NCBI GenBank assembly: GCA_964593285.1
Contig: CAZQHZ010000015.1
Coordinates: 1 to 32,658, forward strand
DNA length: 32,658 bases
Origin: an uncultured Methanosarcinales archaeon
GTDB lineage: Archaea > Nanobdellota > Nanobdellia > Woesearchaeales > DSVV01
Reading direction: 5' to 3'
The notes under the pieces are model-generated. The model was not told the DNA's origin, made no database searches, and saw only the letters and a list, made by a program, of their open reading frames with translations. Below are positions 1 to 8,339 of this stretch, one piece after another. The translations under genes were made by a program, and so were the position numbers. Every line of letters begins with the position of its first letter. Positions within the stretch are counted from its first letter, which is position 1.

Positions 1-116
<116 letters not shown>

Positions 117-524
117 TTAGTATTTTTTGGTTTTGCTTTTAGTTTTTTTTTTAGTTGTTACTTTTTTTTTAGTTTTTTTGCTTTTTATTTTTTTATTTTT
201 TTTAATAGGTTTATCTGTATTTTTAGAATCTAAAGTAATTATTTTATCATCTAATTTAGTGTTGTCTTTAATAATTTTAGCGTTTGTATTTATTATTTCA
301 TCTGATTCACTTTGAATTGGTTTTATATTATGGTTACTATTATTTAATTCAATTTTTATTGATTGAGTATTATTTTTTATTTCATTATTAGAATTATTAT
401 CTAATGTTATTTTTAAATTAGATTCATTTTTATTTAATTCTTTAACTTTATTTAATTTATTTTTTAAATTAATAATATCACTATCAAATTTATTTTCAAT
501 TTTTTTTAAATTTCTTTTTTCCAT
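117..524 (-). CDS. Hypothetical low-complexity Asn/Lys-rich protein with a basic C-terminal tail
   Basis: 135-aa ORF with ATG start and TATA-like AT tract upstream; no family motif; 3' end runs into the poly-T region. Confidence 0.45.
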   Translation of the reverse strand: MEKRNLKKIENKFDSDIINLKNKLNKVKELNKNESNLKITLDNNSNNEIKNNTQSIKIELNNSNHNIKPIQSESDEIINTNAKIIKDNTKLDDKIITLDSKNTDKPIKKNKKIKSKKTKKKVTTKKKTKSKTKKY

Positions 525-798
525 TTTATTATTAAATATAAATTTATGAAATAAAATACTTATATTTTTAAAATAAATTTATATTATTATTTTTTAATAA
601 ACATATTATAAAAATGTTTTGTTTTTGTTGTAAGTATAAAGTCTAATATCTAAAAAATGTAATATCATATAATATCATAAGGTCAAAACTTTATTAAACT
701 AAAAATGATAATTCATTGTTAGGTGACTAGTCTATGCGAAAGTGCAAGAACCTTTAAAACAATCATAGAAAATTTCAAAGATATTACCTTTCTTTTAT

Positions 799-823
799 GC
801 CTAACTTTATACTTAGGTTTTTT
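799..823 (+). terminator. Short hairpin followed by T-run (terminator-like)
   Basis: GCCTAA-ctttatac-TTAGGT then TTTTT. Confidence 0.35.
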
Positions 824-910
824 GCTTAATTATTTTAAAAATTGTTAATAATAAATATATAACTAATTAAAAATTTATATTATTTTTAACATTATACTAT
901 ATTTTTTCAC

Positions 911-944
<34 letters not shown>

Positions 945-1008
945 TAATATTGATAATACATAATATAAATATATAAAAAGGCTTACATATTATAAAAATT
1001 TAGTTAAA

Positions 1009-1314
1009 ATGATTGTTATTGGTATAACTTTTAAGAACAAAAAAGAGGCAAAAAAAATAATTAGTGTATTAATTGAATCTAAATTAATTGCTTGTGCAAA
1101 TATTTTTCCAATAGAAAGTATGTTTTATTGGAATAATAAAGTTGAATTAAAAAAAGAGATTTTTGCAATTTTAAAAACAAAAAAAACAAACTATAATGAA
1201 ATAAAAAAAATAGTTAAAAAATTACACTCATATTCTGTTCCATTAATTGAATCTTGGAATATTGATAATATAAATAAAGATTATAAGAAATGGTTAAATG
1301 AAGTATTAAAGTGA
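1009..1314 (+). CDS. cutA: Divalent-cation tolerance protein CutA
   Basis: LIACANIFPIESMFYW, KT and LHSYSVP motifs; 101 aa. Confidence 0.93.
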   Translation: MIVIGITFKNKKEAKKIISVLIESKLIACANIFPIESMFYWNNKVELKKEIFAILKTKKTNYNEIKKIVKKLHSYSVPLIESWNIDNINKDYKKWLNEVLK

Positions 1315-1321
1315 TTAATAA

Positions 1322-1615
1322 ATGAATATGCATCAATTGTTAGGTAATGATAATTTAATTTATAAATGTATGTATTGTGGAAATTCTTTTGTTCATAATG
1401 ATTGGCAAAGCAATCATTATTCAAGAAAACATTATAAAATTAATTCTTGCCAAGTATGTGGAAAAACATTGAAATTATTAGTTGATTTTGAAGGGTCAGG
1501 TCATGATTTTTGGAATAGGCCATTAAAATTTGATTCAAATAAAACAATTGATCAAAAAGATGTAGAAATTATAACTGTTGAAAGTCCACTTGAAAAAGCA
1601 ATAAAAAATAATTAA
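1322..1615 (+). CDS. Hypothetical zinc-ribbon protein
   Basis: CMYC and CQVC pairs plus GSGHD; starts 7 nt after cutA. Confidence 0.7.
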   Translation: MNMHQLLGNDNLIYKCMYCGNSFVHNDWQSNHYSRKHYKINSCQVCGKTLKLLVDFEGSGHDFWNRPLKFDSNKTIDQKDVEIITVESPLEKAIKNN

Positions 1616-2379
1616 TTACTAATAATTGTACCAATATATTCTTTTTTTTCTAAATAATTTTTTAGGTTTTCAATGTTGTTTCCATTTATAATTAGTGTAT
1701 TTATGTTATTTTCCATAGCTATTTTGCTTGCTTTTGGATCAAATGGTACATTCATCCCAGGAATCCATTTATCATCAATAATTTTTAAAAATTCTTTCCA
1801 TGAAATTTTAGAAAATGGAGTAGCATTTTTGTGTTTTTTAGGATCTTTATCATAAATTTTATCTATATTTGTAAGATTAATAACTATTTTAGAAGAATAT
1901 TGTTTTGCTAAAAGAACCGCCATTTTATCTGATGAATTACCAGGTTTATATCCTCCTGCAATTAATATTTTTTTATCAGTTTCAATAGTTTTATATGGGT
2001 TATTAATTATGTTTTCATATGCTTTTTCTTGAAATATACATCTTAAAAGTTCTGCATTAACTTTTGTTAGAGAAATACCTAGCCAATCTAAATTTTCATT
2101 AGTAATTTTTTTATTTATTTTTAAAGCTGATTTATTGTATTCTCTACAAATATTTCCACCACCGCACACAATTATTGCTTTATTTTTGTCTTTTATAAAA
2201 TTTAAAATAAATTTTTTAAATTCAATTAAATAGTTAATATTAATAGTATTTGGATATATTAAAGATCCACCAAGTGAGAAAATAACAGTATTTAATTTAT
2301 TATTTTTATTATTAATAGATAAATCATTATTAGAATTTTCAAAAAAATTATTTTTTAGTATGGTTTTTTTAAGATTCAT
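1612..2379 (-). CDS. pyrH: Uridylate kinase (archaeal type)
   Basis: SLGGS, VCGGG, GGYKPGNSSD, NLTNIDKIYDKDPKK and PFDP motifs; Asn-rich N-terminal extension; start overlaps secD stop. Confidence 0.93.
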   Translation of the reverse strand: MNLKKTILKNNFFENSNNDLSINNKNNKLNTVIFSLGGSLIYPNTININYLIEFKKFILNFIKDKNKAIIVCGGGNICREYNKSALKINKKITNENLDWLGISLTKVNAELLRCIFQEKAYENIINNPYKTIETDKKILIAGGYKPGNSSDKMAVLLAKQYSSKIVINLTNIDKIYDKDPKKHKNATPFSKISWKEFLKIIDDKWIPGMNVPFDPKASKIAMENNINTLIINGNNIENLKNYLEKKEYIGTIISN

Positions 2380-4150
2380 CTTTAAATAATATTTCGATTA
2401 TTTTTGCAAATGCAGGTCTTGAAATTAAAACACCAACAACTACACCAATAATTGTTGTTAGAGCAAAACCTCTAAATAAACCAGCACCAGATACAAATAA
2501 AACAAACATTGCAGTAACTGTTGTAAAGAATGCTGCAAATATTATAAAGAAAGCTCTTTTTAAACTTTCATTCCATGCTAAATTTTTTCGTTTAGATTTT
2601 AGTGCTTCATCAATAATTATAATTTGGTGATCTATTCCAGTACCAATGGCAATAATTATTCCTGCAATTGCAGCTAAATCTAAATTCCAGCCAATTCCAG
2701 ATGCAATACCTAAAATTATAATTACTTCAGCTAAAATGGTTATTAATAAAGGTATTGATAATTTTAGTCTTCTATATCTTATAAAAATAAATATAGAAAC
2801 TGCTAAAATTGCAGCTAAACCAACAAGTAAAGCATTTTTTGTAAATTGTTCTCCAAGGATTGGTGAAATACTATCAGTTTTTACAATATTTAATTTTACA
2901 GGTAAGCTTCCTGTTATTAATAAAGTTTGTAAATTTTTCATATTATTTGCACTATCAGTAATTGCTTCTTGTCTTGTAGCTCCACTACCAGAACCAGAAA
3001 TTTGAATATTTTGTGTTGGTTTTCCTCGCATATCACCACCAATAAATAATTCATTTACTAATTCATCATCTAAATAAAGTAATAATTTTTCAGATAAATA
3101 TTCGTTATCATTTTCAATTATAACATCTAAATTTTGTGTTGCTTGTGCAACTCTATTTGCAGCTTCTTGTGATAATTTTACTGTAAAATAAAAACTACTA
3201 CCCCATTCTTCTTCAGAAATTTTTGCAGGTGGTCTACTTGGATCTGTTGCAGAACTGCATTCTGGAGTTCTACATACGCTGACTAGATCATCGCCACCAG
3301 TAAAGACAACCTCATCATTTATTTTTGCTTCAAATTTTCCTTGCCCTGAAATTAAGTGTCTTACTTCATCTTCATGTGCTCCTGCTATTTCAACCATTAT
3401 TAATGTTTTATCAAATAGTCCTCTTTGTACAGGTCTTATAACTATATCACTTAGGCCAAAAACATTTAATCTTTGTTGTAAATTGCTAGTAATTAAATCT
3501 ATATCATCTGAGTCTATTTCTTCATCAGGTTCAAGTAAAACCCTAGTTCCACCTTGTAAATCTAATCCTTTTTTTAAATTTGTTTTAGGTGCATTATAAA
3601 CATCAATTCCAATTGCCTCAGCACCAATTATTTCTTTTAATTCTTTTGGAACTTCTTTTATTACTTCTCTAGTTTTGTTAATTTCTGTTATAGTACCATT
3701 AATTGTTTCATTTACAAGAATTGTTTCATTTACCTTAATTTCTTTTGTTTCATTTAAAACGGTTATATTATATTCTGGCTGAACAATTATATTACGATAA
3801 GTTTTAGTTTTTTTGAAAAAACTTTTTTTATTAGTTTGATAATCATATCTAGAAGTTGTTTTTATATTTATAGAATCATTAATTTTTAAGTTTGAAATTA
3901 CATTAAAATAATCATCTACATTATTTATAATTGTACCATCAACTTCAGTAATTACTTCCCTAAACATTGGTTTTAGTTCTGGTGGTGGTGAATTTAGCCC
4001 TGCAATATGTGCTGAACTATTTTTTTCAACATTTCTAATTGCAACACCATCATTAGTTGGATCGGGGAATAGTAAAATTAATGAGATTATTAATACAAAT
4101 AGTAATAATAAAATTCTCCAACTTGTGAACATCTTTTTTATTTTTTTCAT
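2369..4150 (-). CDS. secD: Protein-export membrane protein SecD with PDZ-like insertion
   Basis: KKGLDLQGG, RLNVFGLSD, GSLPVKL, ISPILG, GTGIDHQIII and GFALTTIIG motifs; 1+5 TM layout. Confidence 0.93.
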   Translation of the reverse strand: MKKIKKMFTSWRILLLLFVLIISLILLFPDPTNDGVAIRNVEKNSSAHIAGLNSPPPELKPMFREVITEVDGTIINNVDDYFNVISNLKINDSINIKTTSRYDYQTNKKSFFKKTKTYRNIIVQPEYNITVLNETKEIKVNETILVNETINGTITEINKTREVIKEVPKELKEIIGAEAIGIDVYNAPKTNLKKGLDLQGGTRVLLEPDEEIDSDDIDLITSNLQQRLNVFGLSDIVIRPVQRGLFDKTLIMVEIAGAHEDEVRHLISGQGKFEAKINDEVVFTGGDDLVSVCRTPECSSATDPSRPPAKISEEEWGSSFYFTVKLSQEAANRVAQATQNLDVIIENDNEYLSEKLLLYLDDELVNELFIGGDMRGKPTQNIQISGSGSGATRQEAITDSANNMKNLQTLLITGSLPVKLNIVKTDSISPILGEQFTKNALLVGLAAILAVSIFIFIRYRRLKLSIPLLITILAEVIIILGIASGIGWNLDLAAIAGIIIAIGTGIDHQIIIIDEALKSKRKNLAWNESLKRAFFIIFAAFFTTVTAMFVLFVSGAGLFRGFALTTIIGVVVGVLISRPAFAKIIEILFKDES

Positions 4151-5163
4151 TCTAAACCCTTTTTTTCAATGTATAATCTTAATATTGCTGTATTTTGTAA
4201 CCATGTATTGATTAAATCTACAAATAAACCAATTAACATAATTGTCATAATTTGTGTTAGTACTTCTGATTGTGATAAAATCAAGCCAACAGTTATTGCA
4301 ATAATTGTTGTAATACTCATAGTTAAACCAGTCTTCATTGCACTAATTAAGCGATTAAAAACCAAGCCATTTTTATTTTTTAATAACTTAGTAGTTAATA
4401 ATATATCGCTATCTACAGAGTAACCAATTAACATTAAAAATGCAGCAACTCCTGCAGTTGATAATTTAATATTTAATAAATTAACAATAGCTAAAGTTAT
4501 AATAATATTTGATATAACAGCTAAAATTACTGCAAATGATGGAATAAATGTTCTAAAATATAAAAAAACAACTATTCCCATTAATAATAGTGCAACAATC
4601 ATCGCAATTAATGCTTGTTTGAAAAAACTTTCTCCAAGACTTGGCCCCATTACATCAATACTTATTAAATCTTTATTTATATTTAATAAATTAGAAATGT
4701 AATTTTGGAATTCATTAATTTCATCTTCATTAAAAATATCTATTTCTATAACAATTCCTGAAGCTTCTGCTAATCCTGATGATAATTTTCGTAAAGTAAT
4801 ATCTTTTTGTGGATAATCTTTATTTAATGTTTCTTCAATTTTTAAAATATCTATATCATCACTTAATTTTGTAACAGTTAGTGTTAAACCACCACTTAAA
4901 CTAACTCCTTTATTCATAAGATCTTCTGTGGTTGAATATTGATAACCTATTTGAGCAAAAGCTAACAATAATAATATAATAGGAATAAATAATAATTTTT
5001 TGTATTGTTTATCAAAAAGATTTAAGAAAAAATTTTTATGTGTTTTTTGTTTTGACTCTTTACTACCAATTTTACTTGAACTTTCAGATAATGATTTTTT
5101 TAAATTTGGTTTTTGTTCAATTATTTCTTTTTTTTTTAATCTTCTAAGTCTTCTTTTGCTCAT
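4147..5163 (-). CDS. secF: Protein-export membrane protein SecF
   Basis: KGVSLSGG, GPSLGESF and LMLIGYSVDSDILLTT motifs; overlaps secD start by 4 nt. Confidence 0.93.
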   Translation of the reverse strand: MSKRRLRRLKKKEIIEQKPNLKKSLSESSSKIGSKESKQKTHKNFFLNLFDKQYKKLLFIPIILLLLAFAQIGYQYSTTEDLMNKGVSLSGGLTLTVTKLSDDIDILKIEETLNKDYPQKDITLRKLSSGLAEASGIVIEIDIFNEDEINEFQNYISNLLNINKDLISIDVMGPSLGESFFKQALIAMIVALLLMGIVVFLYFRTFIPSFAVILAVISNIIITLAIVNLLNIKLSTAGVAAFLMLIGYSVDSDILLTTKLLKNKNGLVFNRLISAMKTGLTMSITTIIAITVGLILSQSEVLTQIMTIMLIGLFVDLINTWLQNTAILRLYIEKKGLE

Positions 5164-5335
5164 ACTTTTTTAGAACTAATAAAGGGTTTTTAAATGTTTT
5201 GAATTATTTTCATTTTTAGGAAGTTAATTTTGTTAATTTAGATCTATTTATTATGCTTACATTATTATTTAATTTAATTTTATTTATATAGATAATTAAT
5301 TAAATATTTAAATAAATGTGTTATTTTCAATTTCT

Positions 5336-6388
5336 ATGTATACAAAAATTACTGAGGGAGAAGCTAATTTTTATGTTCCAAAAGAAAAAAAAATTAGTAA
5401 ACAACTGCCTGTTTTTTATAATAAAATTATGAAATTAAATAGGGATATTTCTATTTTACTTATAAATGCAATCTCAATGAGTAATTTAAAATTAGCTCTT
5501 CCGTTGGAAGGGTGTGGAATTCGTGGAATTAGATTTTTTTTAGAATTAAAAAAAGGAAAATTTTCATCAATAGCTATGAATGATATGAGTAGCGAAGCAG
5601 TTAAAATCATGGAAAAAAATTGCAAAGAAAATTATACAGATATTGATATTTATAATTTAGATGCAAATGATTTTTTATTACAATCAAAAGGATTTGATTA
5701 TATAGATATAGACCCATTTGGCTCACCAAACCCTTTTTTAGATTCTGCTATAAAAAGATTATCAAGGTGTGGTATTTTAGCTGTTACTGCAACAGATACT
5801 TCTTGTTTATGTGGAACTTTTAAAAATGTATGTCTTCGCAAATATTGGGCAACACCCATTCGAACAGAAATTATGCATGAAGTTGGTATTAGAATTTTAA
5901 TTAGGAAAGTTCAATTAATTGCATCGCAGTATTCAAGAGCATTAACACCAATATTTTCATATTCAAAAGATCATTATATGCGTGTTTTTTTTAAGTCAAA
6001 AAAAAGTAAAAAATTAACCGATGAAATTTTAAAACAGCACAAAATGTGTTTTTTTGGGCAATATGAATCTTTTGGACCACTTTGGACTGGTAAGTTATTT
6101 TGTGAAAATTTATGTGAAGAGATGAAACGACTAAATACTGTTGAAAAAAATTCTAAATTTATAGAAACAATAAGTGAAGAATCAAAGATTAATTCAATTT
6201 TTTTTTATGATTTACATTCTTTTGTAAAACGTTATAAAATTAAAATTAATCCAAGAAAAGAAGAAGTTATTAAAAAAATTAAACAATTAAATTATAGTGC
6301 TTCAAATACTCATTTTTTGGATACAGCAATTAAAAGCGACATTCCTTATGATGAATTTATAGCTATTTTAAAATCATTTGAATTATAA
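5336..6388 (+). CDS. trm1: tRNA (guanine26-N2)-dimethyltransferase
   Basis: VFYNKIMKLNRD, GIRGIR, DIDPFGSP, VTATD, HEVGIRIL and GPLWTG motifs; ATG at 5336 preferred because TTTAAATA lies ~25 nt upstream. Confidence 0.93.
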   Translation: MYTKITEGEANFYVPKEKKISKQLPVFYNKIMKLNRDISILLINAISMSNLKLALPLEGCGIRGIRFFLELKKGKFSSIAMNDMSSEAVKIMEKNCKENYTDIDIYNLDANDFLLQSKGFDYIDIDPFGSPNPFLDSAIKRLSRCGILAVTATDTSCLCGTFKNVCLRKYWATPIRTEIMHEVGIRILIRKVQLIASQYSRALTPIFSYSKDHYMRVFFKSKKSKKLTDEILKQHKMCFFGQYESFGPLWTGKLFCENLCEEMKRLNTVEKNSKFIETISEESKINSIFFYDLHSFVKRYKIKINPRKEEVIKKIKQLNYSASNTHFLDTAIKSDIPYDEFIAILKSFEL

Positions 6389-6392
6389 ATAC

Positions 6393-6782
6393 TTAATGTC
6401 TAATTTCTCTAACCCACATTAAACCAATTTTTATCATTGCTTTATTAAAATTATCAGAAATTTTATATACTTTTCTGTATAGATCATAATCAATTAAACC
6501 CATGGCTTTCATTGGAGTTAAAATTCTATCATAAAATTGTCTTTTATTATAACTAATTTTAACTTTTTTCCCTTTAAGTTCAGGTTCATCTATTTCTTCA
6601 GTTATAAAATTGTTATCATGTAAAGCAGTTGCAAAATTAGACATTTGTGTTTTAGTTAATTCATTGTTATTTTTTTTAATTTCTTTTATTAATAATTTTG
6701 CGACTATTTTTTGTTGTTTTGTTGCAAAAATGATTTCATAAATGTCATTTGGCAAATTAAATTTATCAAATAAAATTACCAT
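6393..6782 (-). CDS. Hypothetical protein, probable winged-helix fold
   Basis: ATG at 6782 with GGGGTG RBS; C-terminal FYDRILTPMKAMGLIDYDLYRKVYKIS resembles a wHTH recognition helix plus wing. Confidence 0.7.
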   Translation of the reverse strand: MVILFDKFNLPNDIYEIIFATKQQKIVAKLLIKEIKKNNNELTKTQMSNFATALHDNNFITEEIDEPELKGKKVKISYNKRQFYDRILTPMKAMGLIDYDLYRKVYKISDNFNKAMIKIGLMWVREIRH

Positions 6783-7070
6783 GAAAAACACCCCCAAATT
6801 ATTTTAGTTAATTAACTTATGTATTTAAATTTTGTTCTTTTTTGTATACTAATGTCTAATTTGTAGAAATTATAATCTTTTTTATTTTTTTATTTCGATA
6901 AAATAATTAAAAATAATGTTTTAATTAAAATTTAGACAATATTTTTTTTTAAAAAACAAAAGATTTATATATAACTATTATTTGTTTTTATCTAATAATA
7001 ATAGCCTATTTATAAAAGGTTATTTTAGGGGTAATATTTATTATTTATAAATTGTAGGAGGATATTTAAA

Positions 7071-7469
7071 ATGAAAAAGTTTTTTAATCAATTAAAAGAA
7101 AAATTTTCAAAAGATGATTTGGATTTTGAAGATTCTGAAGAAGAGTATCTTGAATTAGATACAAATCCTGGTAGAGATACTAAAAGTAAAATTATTGTTA
7201 GAACATATGTTTTAGATGATTTTTCAGATGTTAAACAAATTCTTGATTCACTAAGAGATGGATATACTATTGGATTAGTTAATATCAAACCATTAAAAGA
7301 TAAAGATATTGTAGAATTAAAGCGAGCTATTAATAAAATTAAAAAAACTTGTGATGCGGTTGAAGGAGATATTGCAGGATTTGGAGATGATTATTTAGTT
7401 GTAACACCATCATTTGCAGAAATATATAGATCAAAACAAACTGCATCTGTTGAATCATTACAAAAATAA
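7071..7469 (+). CDS. sepF: Cell division protein SepF (archaeal)
   Basis: EYLELD acidic N-terminus, IGLVNIKPL, LKRAINKIKK and GDIAGFGDDYLVVTP; AGGAGG RBS at 7056-7061. Confidence 0.88.
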   Translation: MKKFFNQLKEKFSKDDLDFEDSEEEYLELDTNPGRDTKSKIIVRTYVLDDFSDVKQILDSLRDGYTIGLVNIKPLKDKDIVELKRAINKIKKTCDAVEGDIAGFGDDYLVVTPSFAEIYRSKQTASVESLQK

Positions 7470-7535
7470 TTATTTTTGTTTGATTTTCAAAAGCTTTATA
7501 AATGGTTTATTTTTTCTTTATATAAATTATTTAAC

Positions 7536-7608
7536 GGGTCCGTGGTCTAGTGGCTATGACAGTGCCCTTACAAGGCATTGATCACCGGTTCGAGTCCGGT
7601 CGGACCCA
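7536..7608 (+). tRNA. tRNA-Val (anticodon TAC)
   Basis: Acceptor GGGTCCG/CGGACCC; anticodon arm GTGCC-CTTACAA-GGCAT; T-arm ACCGG-TTCGAGT-CCGGT; no intron, CCA not encoded. Confidence 0.96.
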
Positions 7609-7633
7609 TTTTTTTTGATAAAAAAATTGCTTT

Positions 7634-7704
7634 GCGATGGTAGTCTAATGGTAGGACACTACCCTGCCACGGTGGTAATCTGGGTTCAAATCCCGGCCAT
7701 CGCA
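7634..7704 (+). tRNA. tRNA-Gly (anticodon GCC)
   Basis: Acceptor GCGATGG/CCATCGC; anticodon arm CTACC-CTGCCAC-GGTGG; T-arm CTGGG-TTCAAAT-CCCGG; A discriminator (archaeal type). Confidence 0.96.
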
Positions 7705-7725
7705 TTTATATTTTAGAATTTTTAA

Positions 7726-8268
7726 TTAATAAATTATAGCAACTAAGATTCTTTTAATTTGAGAAAATCTAACTTTTTCTGGATCAGCTAATTCATTATT
7801 ATCCCCTTTTAAAATATAATATAAACCTTCATTATCTGCCTTTATTTCAATTACTCTATGAAGAATTGTTCCTTCTGTAAATTTTGATTCATATGCAACA
7901 ATATCTCCAATATTTATATCTTCTTGTTTTTTTGGAATAATGTGTAAGCCATGAGCTGTTGAATCAAGTACTGGATCCATTGATTTTGTATCTGCAAAAC
8001 TAGACCATTTTGCATTTTCAATTTCGAGTATAATTTTATCATTATGTACTTTAATTTGATTTTTCTTTATCCAATCTTTTGGAGAAGGTTTGTCTTTTGG
8101 ATTATTTAAATTATTAGTTGGATTTAATATTTTGTTGTTATTTGCTTGTTCAAAAATACTATGTGTTGTGATTGTTGGTTTAATTTCAGCATAAAGATCA
8201 TTAGAAAACCAACCCATAATAAAAACCAAAATTATTATTCCAACAAAACTTTTCCACAAATTAACCAC
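7726..8268 (-). CDS. Signal peptidase I-like protein (S26B/Sec11 type)
   Basis: N-terminal TM, SMDP catalytic Ser, GDIV, ILHRV and KGDNN..DP motifs. Confidence 0.85.
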   Translation of the reverse strand: MVNLWKSFVGIIILVFIMGWFSNDLYAEIKPTITTHSIFEQANNNKILNPTNNLNNPKDKPSPKDWIKKNQIKVHNDKIILEIENAKWSSFADTKSMDPVLDSTAHGLHIIPKKQEDINIGDIVAYESKFTEGTILHRVIEIKADNEGLYYILKGDNNELADPEKVRFSQIKRILVAIIY

Positions 8269-8339
8269 CTTATGGTAGTTAAGAAATAAGAAAGAATTTA
8301 TAAATGTTTCTATTTATTAGTATTATCAAGTGACAAAAA

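Noticed and set aside
7536..7725. tRNA pair as an integration site
   Set aside because: No integrase and no duplicated tRNA 3' end noticed in the window.
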